From the NCBI GenBank assembly GCA_965205605.1, contig CBDBHE010000007.1, positions 224,001 through 288,000 of the forward strand: a stretch of 64,000 nt of DNA. The letters are read 5' to 3'. The position numbers were made by a program, and so were the translations under genes. Origin of the DNA: Spirochaetota bacterium. GTDB taxonomy: Bacteria > Spirochaetota > UBA12135 > COTS27 > CBDBHE01. Position 1 is the first letter of the stretch, and every line of letters starts with the position of its first letter. A model generated the notes under the pieces. The model was given only the letters and a program-made list of their open reading frames with translations. It did no database searches and had not been told where the DNA came from. Below are positions 41,910 to 51,662 of this stretch, piece after piece.

Positions 41910-42818
41910 ATGATGAAAAGAATGGGACTTTTTTTAATCACCAATTTGCTGATTATTGTCACGCTTAACATTACATTAAGCGCTTTAGGGGTAATGCCTT
42001 ATTTAAATGGATACGGGATTAATTTTCAATCTCTTGCGATTTTTAGTGTTTTTTGGGGACTTGGGGGAGCGTTTATCTCACTGATGCTTTCAAAAAAGAT
42101 GGCTATTTGGTTTATGGGAGTAAAAATCATCAAAAAAAACGAAGAAACCCCAAAATTAAGATGGCTTAAAAGTGAAATTTACACGCTATCAAAAAAAGCA
42201 AAATTAAAATATATGCCTGATTTAGGGATTTACAAAAGTCCAGAAGTCAATGCTTTTGCCACAGGTCCTTCTAGAAACAATTCTCTAGTTGCCTTTTCAA
42301 GTGGACTGTTAGAATCAATGGATGAGAGAGCCATAAAAGGAGTCATCGGTCACGAAATCGCTCATATTGCCAGTGACGATATGGTTACGATGACTTTGTT
42401 ACAAGGAGTGATGAATGCTTTTGTGATTTTTTTTTCAAGAGTCTTGGCCTATTTTGCGTCCATGTTTTTTTCAAAAGACGATGAAGGCTCTGCCCCTTCG
42501 TTTATGATGCAATTTGTTTTCACGATTGTGTTTACGATTGTTTTAGGAATTTTGGCAAGTGTTGTCGTTTCTTGGTTTTCAAGATTTCGAGAATACAAAG
42601 CCGATCGAAAGGGAGCTCTTTACGCAGGAAAAGACAATATGATTTATGCTCTTAGTTCATTAAAACAATATGTCGGTCAAGTGGAAACAAAAAAAAATAA
42701 TGCGATGGTGGCAAATCTCAAGATTTCAGGCAAACAAAGATTGCTGCACATGCTTAGCTCACACCCTGATCTAAACCAACGTATCGCTGTTTTAAAAAAT
42801 CAAAAAATTGCTGCCTAA
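41910..42818 (+). CDS. htpX: Membrane zinc protease HtpX
   Basis: NAFATG, HEIAHI...DMVTMTLLQG, FSR.REY.AD and SHP....RI. Confidence 0.95.
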   Translation: MMKRMGLFLITNLLIIVTLNITLSALGVMPYLNGYGINFQSLAIFSVFWGLGGAFISLMLSKKMAIWFMGVKIIKKNEETPKLRWLKSEIYTLSKKAKLKYMPDLGIYKSPEVNAFATGPSRNNSLVAFSSGLLESMDERAIKGVIGHEIAHIASDDMVTMTLLQGVMNAFVIFFSRVLAYFASMFFSKDDEGSAPSFMMQFVFTIVFTIVLGILASVVVSWFSRFREYKADRKGALYAGKDNMIYALSSLKQYVGQVETKKNNAMVANLKISGKQRLLHMLSSHPDLNQRIAVLKNQKIAA

Positions 42819-43842
42819 GTTTCACCGAGCTCTGCTTGTCAGCGAAAAGCTTCCTAACGTTTTTTCAAGAAAAATTGTTGAAAGAAAAACAACAGACCTT
42901 AAAGAAAACGAAGTTTTTATCAGAGTAAAGTATTCTTCTTTAAATTACAAAGATGCCCTTTCAATGAATGGGCATAAGGGAGTAAGCCCAACATACCCCC
43001 ATGTACCCGGCATTGATGCGGGGGGAATTGTTTTAAAAAGTAAGAGTAACTTGTGGCAAAAAGGCGATGAAGTGGTGGTGATCGGTAGAGGGCTAGGGAT
43101 GACTGTTGATGGTGGATTTTCTGAAATCATTTCAGTCCCTTCAACATGGGTCATGGGGCGTCCAAAAAACCTTCCTTTAAAAGAAACAATGATGTACGGA
43201 ACGGCCGGATTTACAGCCGCTTATGGGATTTGGTCCTTGTTAGAGGGGCTAAAAGCCAAAAAAAAACTTAAAGCTGATTTAGACATCGACACTGGCAAAG
43301 TTAATTTTTTAGTGACCGGAGCTAGTGGTGGTGTGGGCTCAGTGGCTTGTGCTCTCTTGAATCATCTCGGTTACTCCTTCACCGCTAGTACTCAAATAGG
43401 GGGCAAAGGGGAAACCTTTCTCAAAACCCTAGGCATCACCAACCTCATCGACCGCAAACAACTCAAGGCATCACACCCTAAAAAACTGCTAAGCCCTCTT
43501 TGGGACGGGGCACTCGATACCGTAGGAGGAGAAACCTTAAGCAATATTTTAAAAACAAGTAAAAACTTTGCAACGATTGCAAGCTGTGGGTTAGTAGGCT
43601 CTGCTCTTTTACAAACCTCTGTTTATCCATTTCTGTTAAGAGGGGTGCGTCTTGTGGGCATTAATTCAGCAGAGTGTCCGATGTCATTTAAAACATGGCT
43701 CCTAGACAAACTCTCCAAAGAATGGAAGCTGCCTAATTTACAAGCTTTACAAACCGAAATCTCCCTAAAGCAAGTCAAAGACATTCTCTCCCAAATGCTA
43801 AAAGGAAATACCACCGGCCGATATCTTTTAGTCCACCAGTGA
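42808..43842 (+). CDS. YhdH/YhfP (AcuI-like) NADPH quinone oxidoreductase
   Basis: YSSLNYKDAL, PGIDAGG, GTAGFTA, VTGASGGVGS, DTVGG and PF.LRGV.L.GI.S. Confidence 0.9.
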   Translation: MLPKFHRALLVSEKLPNVFSRKIVERKTTDLKENEVFIRVKYSSLNYKDALSMNGHKGVSPTYPHVPGIDAGGIVLKSKSNLWQKGDEVVVIGRGLGMTVDGGFSEIISVPSTWVMGRPKNLPLKETMMYGTAGFTAAYGIWSLLEGLKAKKKLKADLDIDTGKVNFLVTGASGGVGSVACALLNHLGYSFTASTQIGGKGETFLKTLGITNLIDRKQLKASHPKKLLSPLWDGALDTVGGETLSNILKTSKNFATIASCGLVGSALLQTSVYPFLLRGVRLVGINSAECPMSFKTWLLDKLSKEWKLPNLQALQTEISLKQVKDILSQMLKGNTTGRYLLVHQ

Positions 43843-43858
43843 TCAAACTAAAGCTAAG

Positions 43859-44173
43859 CTATTTAATAACCACCACCGTTCTCATCCCTAAAATACCTGA
43901 TGTAAATAAATAAACAGCCCCATCCACAAAACTCGTATATGTTTTGATTTCATAATCCTCTGTTTTTTCTCCAGCTATTTTTGCGGTATTGACATGACCA
44001 CTAATAGTTTCCCAATAGTTAAATGGAACTAAATTAAACAAAAAATAAAATTGTTTACGTTCAATACGTTTATTTTCTTTTGCTCCAGAGCCTACCACAT
44101 GACGATGAGACGCACATGAAGTCATCAAAAAAATACTTAAGCACATCATCCATAAAAAAAATCTTTTTTTCAC
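43859..44173 (-). CDS. Bor/Iss-family small lipoprotein
   Basis: Lipobox MTSC and pattern H.VG.G......QFY..F.LVP...Y.IKT...F.DG......G....RTV.V.K. GGAG RBS with a GTG start. Confidence 0.7.
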   Translation of the reverse strand: MKKRFFLWMMCLSIFLMTSCASHRHVVGSGAKENKRIERKQFYFLFNLVPFNYWETISGHVNTAKIAGEKTEDYEIKTYTSFVDGAVYLFTSGILGMRTVVVIK

Positions 44174-44300
44174 CTACATTCTCCTTAAAAAAAAATGAAT
44201 TTTATTATAACATAACACCAATCAGAATAAAATTTAAAAAATAGTCTATGATAATAAGTAAGATTTTAACCTATGAAATCCCTTTAAATAAAAAAAAATC

Positions 44301-44831
44301 ATGTTAAACCCATTTGACCCTCTTTCAAAGATTTTAAAATTACTCAACTCTGACCAACGACCTTTTCAAATTGGCTTTGGGGTGGCTTTTGGAGCCATTT
44401 TAGCTTTAACCCCTTTTTTTTCACTTCACAACCTAATCGTGATCGCTTTAATTTTAATTTTTAACGTTAGCATTGCTTCTTCGTTTTTAGGGTTTGCTTT
44501 TTTAAGCCCCCTTAGTTTTGTTTTAAATCCTCTTAGTTTATCCATAGGCGAAATCCTCCTTTTAGCAAACAGTCATTTCATTGAGTTTTGGACTCATTTT
44601 CAATCAAAGGCAATCCTTCCTTTTTTTCGTTTTAACAACACCCTTGTTTTGGGGTCTCTTGTTTTATCCCTTGTCTTATTTTTCCCCACCGCTTTTGGGG
44701 TTAGTTTTTTAATCAAAAAATATCGTCATCATTGGAAAACAGCCTTTGTTAAAACCAAGCTTTATAAAACCTTAAATCAATCAAAAATCATCAGTTTCTT
44801 GATTAAAATCTATAAGTGGATCCCTAAATAA
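44301..44831 (+). CDS. TIGR03546 (DUF2062-related) membrane protein
   Basis: LNS...P.QI..G...G..L...P, HNL, RFNNT.V.GS and YR; paired with the downstream gene. Confidence 0.85.
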   Translation: MLNPFDPLSKILKLLNSDQRPFQIGFGVAFGAILALTPFFSLHNLIVIALILIFNVSIASSFLGFAFLSPLSFVLNPLSLSIGEILLLANSHFIEFWTHFQSKAILPFFRFNNTLVLGSLVLSLVLFFPTAFGVSFLIKKYRHHWKTAFVKTKLYKTLNQSKIISFLIKIYKWIPK

Positions 44832-44854
44832 GCTCTAAAATAAGCTCTAAAAAA

Positions 44855-46750
44855 ATGACAAATCAAAAAAAGAAAAAAATCTTTCCCATTAGATGGATCG
44901 GCCTCAGTCTTTTTCTAGTCTTATTTTTAACCATCGGCTTTTTTATAATGGTTTTAATCAACCCTCTTTTACGGACAAGTCTAAAGTTTGTCTTTCAAAA
45001 AATAAACAAAGCAGAAGTCAACATTAATTCTAGTCGCATTAGTTTTTTACAATCTTCGTTTAAAACAAAAGGACTACAGTGGACAAATGGGAAAAAACCT
45101 AAAAATAATTTGTTTTCCATCGATCAAATAAAGTTTCAATTTTCGCCTTCTTACCTCCTTAGACGAAGAGTTTACATCCAACAAATGCGTTTAGAAGGAC
45201 TGGTGATCGGTGACAAGCGCTCAAAAAAAGGATGGGTTAAAAAACAAAAAACACAAAAAAAATCTTCTTCCTCTTCCTCTTCTCCTAATAACTTGCTCAC
45301 TCGATCTTCTAAATTTACCAAAGAACAACAAAACCAACTTAGCAAAACCATCTCTAAGAAAGCTAAAACTATCAATGAAAAACAAAAAACCTACGAAACC
45401 ATCATCACTCAAACCAATCTTTACTGGCAAAATCACTTAAAACAAGTCCAAGACTTTTCTAAAATAGAAGACAAAATAAATACCCTTAAAAAAATCAAAA
45501 CCAGTGATTATCGATCATTAAAAGATTTAGGAAAATTAAAAAAAGATATCGATGAAGCCAAACAACTTAGAAGCACCCTCAAAGATAAAACCAAGCAAAT
45601 CAAACAAACTGAAAAAAAATTTAATAAAACCATCGCCTTTATCGATCAAGAGGCCAAAGCTTTAGAGGATTTTAAAGAAAATAACTTTAAAGAAGTCACT
45701 GATTTATTTGATCTTTCAGAAGCTTTTGAAGCAAAAAATATCTCTCAAATCCTTTTTGGAGCCAATATTTCAAGTCTTTTTTTTCGCTACTATGGCAATT
45801 ATCTACGTTACAAATCTTACCTGCCACAAAGTAAAAAACCAAAAGATGCCAAAAAACAAACTAAAAAACTTCCAAAAAAACTCCTTAAAGGAAGAACCAT
45901 TGATTTTCGAAACATTACCGCTTACCCTGTTTTTTATGTAAACCAAATGGTTTTTTCTTCGGCAAACAAAAAAATAAACCCGTCCAAATCTACTCACGGC
46001 ACCCTTAATGCCTTGAGCTCTGACCTTTCTTTCAAACCCATGACCCTCGCCTTCACAAGCACTGACAAGCAAAAACACTTTGATTTAAAAGCTTCTTTCT
46101 ATACCCACAAAGAAAAAGGAAAACAAAATAACCTCTCCCTCTCTTATCAAAATATTCCCATTGCAAAAGACGCCCTAAATGAAACCGGGCAAAACTCTGT
46201 CATTAAAGAAATTGAAAATGGGACCTTAAATACTTTTGTTGAGTTTTCCGAAACCAAACAACTTTCTTCTGTAAAAGCGACCCTGTTTTTAAACAACCTC
46301 AAGCTATCTCTCCATCCCCAAGAAAATCCTTTCATCGAGCGTGCTTTTACAGATATTTTTAGCAATCTAAAAAAAACAACCTTTCAAATCCAAATGACCT
46401 TTAAAGTGAGTGAAAAAGGTGATATCACCGACTCTCATCTCACCTTAAAAAGTGATCTGGATCTATCTTTAAACCAAAAGTTTAAAGACTATTTTACCAA
46501 AAAAATTAACCAACAAAAAAAAAAATTACAAAAAATTTTTGATGAAAAATTAATCCAAAACACAGCCATTTCAAAACAACTCCTTGAAAAAGAAGTTGGC
46601 TCTCAAATCAAACAAATCAAACAGCAATCCCAAGACCTTAAAAAACAAATCGAAAAAAAAAAGAAAGATTTAGAAAAACAACTCAATAAAAAACTTAAAG
46701 AAAATCAAAAAAATCTTTTAAAACAAAAAATCAAACTCCCAAAATTTTAA
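44855..46750 (+). CDS. TIGR03545 family protein (AsmA-like)
   Basis: IRW.G plus a TM anchor, AEV.I, P..NL, long coiled coils, G..I.F and SDLD..L; adjacent to the TIGR03546 gene. Confidence 0.8.
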   Translation: MTNQKKKKIFPIRWIGLSLFLVLFLTIGFFIMVLINPLLRTSLKFVFQKINKAEVNINSSRISFLQSSFKTKGLQWTNGKKPKNNLFSIDQIKFQFSPSYLLRRRVYIQQMRLEGLVIGDKRSKKGWVKKQKTQKKSSSSSSSPNNLLTRSSKFTKEQQNQLSKTISKKAKTINEKQKTYETIITQTNLYWQNHLKQVQDFSKIEDKINTLKKIKTSDYRSLKDLGKLKKDIDEAKQLRSTLKDKTKQIKQTEKKFNKTIAFIDQEAKALEDFKENNFKEVTDLFDLSEAFEAKNISQILFGANISSLFFRYYGNYLRYKSYLPQSKKPKDAKKQTKKLPKKLLKGRTIDFRNITAYPVFYVNQMVFSSANKKINPSKSTHGTLNALSSDLSFKPMTLAFTSTDKQKHFDLKASFYTHKEKGKQNNLSLSYQNIPIAKDALNETGQNSVIKEIENGTLNTFVEFSETKQLSSVKATLFLNNLKLSLHPQENPFIERAFTDIFSNLKKTTFQIQMTFKVSEKGDITDSHLTLKSDLDLSLNQKFKDYFTKKINQQKKKLQKIFDEKLIQNTAISKQLLEKEVGSQIKQIKQQSQDLKKQIEKKKKDLEKQLNKKLKENQKNLLKQKIKLPKF

Positions 46751-46814
46751 AAAAATCCCCCTCTTGAGAAGTTTATCAAAAAAGAGAATGTAAAGAAATT
46801 TAAAATACGCAAAA

Positions 46815-46846
46815 AAATCTATCCCTATTAAAATCTATCCCTATTA
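46815..46846. repeat. Exact 16-bp tandem duplication AAATCTATCCCTATTA at the left edge of the glycan cluster
   Basis: Read directly from the sequence. Confidence 0.8.
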
Positions 46847-47045
46847 TCAAGCATTCATTTGTTGCCCAACAAGGTATTTTTGCCCTCACATTAATCACGT
46901 TAAATGGTTTTAAGCTTACTAATTTTCACCTCGTCTACTTGTAGTAATAAACAAACCCAAAAAATATAGATTCACTCACTAAAAACAATGCGTTTGATGG
47001 ACGTTACAAATTTATTTTCTATACAAAATTTTTTCTTTGCTATCA

Positions 47046-49382
47046 TTACCATTTGGATGTTTCATTAAGTTTTTTTAGCTCATCTGTTAGACGATATCCC
47101 TTTACTACTGTCGTACTAAACTTCTCATAAAAATCTTTTTTATATTTTTTATAAATAGCAACAGCCGTTTCACCTGTATTCTCAGTAGGCGTATGGGGTA
47201 AATTCAAATCTTTGTCTATCCATGCCAGCTCCCAATGGGCAAGTTTTTTATAAAAATCATTGACTCTAAAACCTTCCCGCTTATGCCTCATCTTCTTTGT
47301 TGGGTCTTCGTACCGCTGTTCTTTTTTTAAAGAACTTTCTAAGTGTTCAAAAAACAACCGCCACCTTTGTAAATAATAAGTCCCTATCAAACCAGACCAT
47401 TCTCTCCAAGAATAATCATATATTCCAGGGTCTTCTTCATTATCTTTTGCCCAAATTGTCACAATCGTCTTAGCATTTTTAATGTAAAGTTTTCTATCTT
47501 TCTCATTTTTAGCAAGGCTAGCAGCATCATTGATCCACTTACCCAATAAAAATTCTTTTCTTGTCGCAAGTAAAACATCGACATCTTTTAAAAGGATGAG
47601 GAATTTTTGACTTTTCTTTTTAAAGGTTTTCTTGTCTTTTTTCAAATAAGCCTCTACCACATCTTGATAATAAGCTTGTCCTAAATTAGACAAAGACTGC
47701 CGTAATAGATCAACAATATCATAACGATAAGGCTCTACCCCTTTTAATTTGTCATACTCACTGATAAGCAAATCTAAACCTTTTAATAAATTGCTAGACA
47801 AATAAGGGATTTTAAACCCTGCATTAGGCCCTGATTTTTTAACGATAAGAGCTGGCCTAGCAGCAATAATAGAGCTTCTAACACCATCTGTCCCCAGACT
47901 ATATGGGCCATAAAGCAAGTATTTTGCCCAAGCTTCTTTTGTTGCCATTGATTCCTTCCCATAACGACGATGTGCGTATTTTTTTAACCACCCCCCTACA
48001 TTGATTTCTGTAGACTTGTTATAAACCAGCTCAAAGAAAAGATCGTAATACACAGGGTTTTGTTCAATGGCTTCCATAAAAAGCCCCATGCCAGCATAGT
48101 TTTTAGGATATTGTTTCTTTGCTAAAGAAAATTTATTCTTACCAAGCTGCTTAAGGCTCCCATGTAAATTAATGCGACCCCCAAAATTATGCAATTGTCC
48201 CACGACAAACTTGTATCCCCAAAAGCCATGCTTCTTCCATTTTTTGCCGGCAAGGTCTACAATTAAAAGTCTTTTTTTACTAACCGCTTTTACAATATCT
48301 TCTCGTAAACTCCACGATTGCATCACCCAAATAGCTTTTTTATCAAAAGAGGTTAAAACTTTACTAATAGTTTTCCCTGTTTTATGTAAATATTTTTTGC
48401 CTTTTACTGGAGGCGATGATTCGTGAAAAGGATCCGCTGCATATAAGTGACTAGTCCCAAATAATTTTTTTTGTTCTTCAAGAAAAGTTTTTCCAATTTT
48501 TTTGAAGAATGGATCCGTGGGGTCTAATTGAGCTGTTGGAGCTAAATTACACCATCTTCTTTTTAATTTTATTCTTGCATCCGGGTATTTTTTTTTTAAA
48601 GCTTTAGGCACATGACCAGAAAATCCCTGTTGGATAGGCGTCATTCCTAGCTCTCTTTGCCTTGCTACAATTTGTTGGCCTAGTTTCACGCTAGAATCAA
48701 TCCAACCTTTAGGTAAAGGCCCCCCCTGGCCTTCTATATTAGCCATCCATTGCCAAGCAAAATAGGCCGGGCCTACTAGAAAATCTCTTGCTTCTTTATC
48801 ACTAAATTGGTATTTTCTCAGAGTATGATACCAAACTCCTTCTAAGCCTGTTATAAATAATGGGGCGTTAATACCGTTTAAAGCCATAAAGTCTATTTCT
48901 CTTTCCCAACGCTTCCAATCCCACCATGCCGCTGTGTAACTCATCGTGCAATAGTTAAAGTAGACGACATATTCATTTGGCTTGACAACCTTTATTTTTC
49001 TGGGAAAACTAGGAAGAGGTTTAGGTAAATTAAGCTGATCTCCCATCCACGAAAAATGGGCATGACAATATTTCTTTAAATAATAATTGAGGCCACTAGC
49101 GATACTAATGCCATTATCACCTTTCAATATCACCTCTACAAGTTTTCCTTTTTTAACAGTTTCTATCTCAAAACCACTGTGATTTTTTTTAGTAACTTCT
49201 ACACGAAAACTTTTTGCCTGATCTTCGCCTAAAACTCGCTCAATAAGTTTCATTGATGCCATTTCGATCGTTTTTTCTGATTTTTTTTGACCAAAACATT
49301 TTTCACCGTAAAATAATCCTGCTAAAAGAAATAAAGTAAAAAATAAAACTTTTTTTCTGTTTAATGAGTTATTTTTTTTCAT
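47046..49382 (-). CDS. Alpha-N-acetylglucosaminidase (GH89)
   Basis: YFNYCT.SY...WWDW.RWEREID.MALNGIN, GPAY.AW..M.N, DPFHE, LHNFGG, MEAIEQNPV and DY..REWSGL...YY..RW; signal peptide. Confidence 0.95.
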   Translation of the reverse strand: MKKNNSLNRKKVLFFTLFLLAGLFYGEKCFGQKKSEKTIEMASMKLIERVLGEDQAKSFRVEVTKKNHSGFEIETVKKGKLVEVILKGDNGISIASGLNYYLKKYCHAHFSWMGDQLNLPKPLPSFPRKIKVVKPNEYVVYFNYCTMSYTAAWWDWKRWEREIDFMALNGINAPLFITGLEGVWYHTLRKYQFSDKEARDFLVGPAYFAWQWMANIEGQGGPLPKGWIDSSVKLGQQIVARQRELGMTPIQQGFSGHVPKALKKKYPDARIKLKRRWCNLAPTAQLDPTDPFFKKIGKTFLEEQKKLFGTSHLYAADPFHESSPPVKGKKYLHKTGKTISKVLTSFDKKAIWVMQSWSLREDIVKAVSKKRLLIVDLAGKKWKKHGFWGYKFVVGQLHNFGGRINLHGSLKQLGKNKFSLAKKQYPKNYAGMGLFMEAIEQNPVYYDLFFELVYNKSTEINVGGWLKKYAHRRYGKESMATKEAWAKYLLYGPYSLGTDGVRSSIIAARPALIVKKSGPNAGFKIPYLSSNLLKGLDLLISEYDKLKGVEPYRYDIVDLLRQSLSNLGQAYYQDVVEAYLKKDKKTFKKKSQKFLILLKDVDVLLATRKEFLLGKWINDAASLAKNEKDRKLYIKNAKTIVTIWAKDNEEDPGIYDYSWREWSGLIGTYYLQRWRLFFEHLESSLKKEQRYEDPTKKMRHKREGFRVNDFYKKLAHWELAWIDKDLNLPHTPTENTGETAVAIYKKYKKDFYEKFSTTVVKGYRLTDELKKLNETSKW

Positions 49383-49736
49383 CTAAAACCCCTGTAATTT
49401 AGTAAAAATAAAAATTGCTTTTTTTTATCTCTTGTACCTTACCATTAAGTAAAACTTTTTTCCCTAATAATAATTAAAACAAAGTTTCTTCTTTTTTTCT
49501 ATTCTTGTCAGTTTCATATTTTTTTAAAAGTGGGTGAGAACATTATATATTAGCTTTATCTATTATAATGCTTTTCCTAAGTGTTCTTTAAAAGATTAGA
49601 AAATCAGCTTTATCAATTAGAAATTTTTATCGATATATAGTATTATTATAAAAATTAGCTTTACCTTGGTATTAAGCTCGCTGGTGAAAGTTTCTTTTTT
49701 TTAAATGGATAATAAAATTTTAAAAGGATTGTTTTT

Positions 49737-51539
49737 ATGACTAAAATAACACGTGTTGGATTAGGGTTGTTTATCGTTTGTTTGGTGGTTTTACTAGTCT
49801 TTTTACTAGGAATAAGCAAAGAATCAAAAAAGAATAACAGGCCCAATATTGTCCTTATTTTTGCTGATGATATAGGATTTGAAGCCATTGAAAGCTTTGG
49901 AGGCACCGAGTACAAAACCCCCAATCTAACTAAACTCGCTTCACAAGGGGTCCAGTTTAATCGAGCTATTTCTAGCCCTATGTGCACGCCTTCACGTGTA
50001 AAAATCATGACGGGCAAATATAATTTTAGAAATTACATCGGCTTTTCAAAACTTGATAAAAAGGAAAAAACCTTTGCCAATAGCTTGAAGCGATACGGGT
50101 ATAAAACCGTAATTTCTGGAAAATGGCAGCTGGGAAACAAGGAGATTGATCTACCGAACTCTTTTGGATTTGATCAATATTTTTTAAGTGAATACAAAGC
50201 TTTTAAAGATTCAAATGATAGACCTATTGTTGTAAGCAGATACCATTCCCCATTGATCAATAGTAATGGAATGTATTATAAAGGTAAAAAAAAAGAATAT
50301 GGGCCTGATTTATTCTGTGATTTTATTTTAAATTTTATTGAAAAAAATCAAAAAGATCCGTTTTTTGTGTATTACCCTATGGTACTGACACACTGGCCAT
50401 TTGTACCTACCCCTAAAAGTAAGAACCCCACTAAGGCTTCTCATAAAGAAAATTTTGTAGATATGGTCGAATACATGGATTACAATGTGGGTCGGATTGT
50501 CAAAAGACTAGAAGAGCTTTCACTGATTGAAAATACAGTCATTCTGTTTACTGGCGATAATGGTAGTTATATCAGCTTAAGTAGTAAGCTAAAAAACAAC
50601 ACAATGATTCGAGGGGGCAAATCTTATCAGACAAGACCTGGCATTCATGTCCCCATGATTGCTAGTTGGAAGGGGAAGTTAAAAGATGGCATGCAAAATG
50701 ATGATTTAATTGATTTAATAGATTTTTTACCGACCTTAGAAGACATTGCTCAAATAAAAAAATCAAAGAGATTTTATACAGATGGCATTAGTTTTTTACC
50801 TCAAATATTGGGGGAAGCATTTGAAGGGCGAAAATGGATTTTTCAGTATTACAAGTCGGTCAACATGAGGCCTGATCTTTCAGGTGTTTTTGTCATGAAC
50901 AAAGAGTGGAAACTCTACGCTGATGGGAGATTATACAACATTAAAAACGATATGTTAGAAACGAAAATATTTTTTGCTTTTAATGACACTAAAGAATCTC
51001 TAAAAAACAGACAAGCCCTCAACCTTGTTTTTGAAGATTTGTATAAAAAAAATAAAACTCTTGAGAAAAAAGCCCTTAAGTTACAAAACAAAATGGGTCA
51101 AGTAATTGCTCACTGGGAATTTAATCAAATCAAAGTAGGAAAAAAAACAATCCTAAAATATAATGTCGAGGAGTGGATCCAAAACAAAAAAGAAGTGAAT
51201 TTTGGTATTTTTCATTATAAGGGAATGGGGGGAATAGAAGTCGATAAGATGGTTTTAAAAAAAGGAAACGTTGTTGTTTCACAAGATCTTCATCAAGGAA
51301 ATTCTTTTTATCGTTTAAGAGATTTGAGGGCTCCTCAAAAAGAGTCTTATCAGTATTTGAGGGATCATAACAATAACATCTTTACTTTAAAAGCAGACGA
51401 TGTTTTTCAGGGAAAAGGGTATACGTTAGAAATTTCTTTAAAAGGCATTCGTACAAAAGAAGATAAAAGACCAAAAAACGAGATTTATGCCGACACTATG
51501 GGTGAAATTAGAATCGTCACAGCAAAAAAAATCCCCTAA
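49737..51539 (+). CDS. Formylglycine-dependent (S1) sulfatase with an N-terminal membrane anchor and a C-terminal extra domain
   Basis: RPNIVLIFADDIG, CTPSR...MTG, GKW.LG, PFF.YYPM...H.P and FTGDNG. Confidence 0.93.
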   Translation: MTKITRVGLGLFIVCLVVLLVFLLGISKESKKNNRPNIVLIFADDIGFEAIESFGGTEYKTPNLTKLASQGVQFNRAISSPMCTPSRVKIMTGKYNFRNYIGFSKLDKKEKTFANSLKRYGYKTVISGKWQLGNKEIDLPNSFGFDQYFLSEYKAFKDSNDRPIVVSRYHSPLINSNGMYYKGKKKEYGPDLFCDFILNFIEKNQKDPFFVYYPMVLTHWPFVPTPKSKNPTKASHKENFVDMVEYMDYNVGRIVKRLEELSLIENTVILFTGDNGSYISLSSKLKNNTMIRGGKSYQTRPGIHVPMIASWKGKLKDGMQNDDLIDLIDFLPTLEDIAQIKKSKRFYTDGISFLPQILGEAFEGRKWIFQYYKSVNMRPDLSGVFVMNKEWKLYADGRLYNIKNDMLETKIFFAFNDTKESLKNRQALNLVFEDLYKKNKTLEKKALKLQNKMGQVIAHWEFNQIKVGKKTILKYNVEEWIQNKKEVNFGIFHYKGMGGIEVDKMVLKKGNVVVSQDLHQGNSFYRLRDLRAPQKESYQYLRDHNNNIFTLKADDVFQGKGYTLEISLKGIRTKEDKRPKNEIYADTMGEIRIVTAKKIP

Positions 51540-51662
51540 AAAAGATGGTTTGTTTTGACGATACCGATGGTATTGACAGCGGACACTTAAATGAGGAAAT
51601 TTTTTGAACCTTTTGAACCTTTAGTGGTTTTATTTTATTTTATTTCATCATAAATTTATAGG

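Noticed and set aside
46751-47045. IS element or att site at the left edge of the glycan cluster
   Set aside because: No transposase, integrase or tRNA, and no matching direct or inverted repeat at the right edge.
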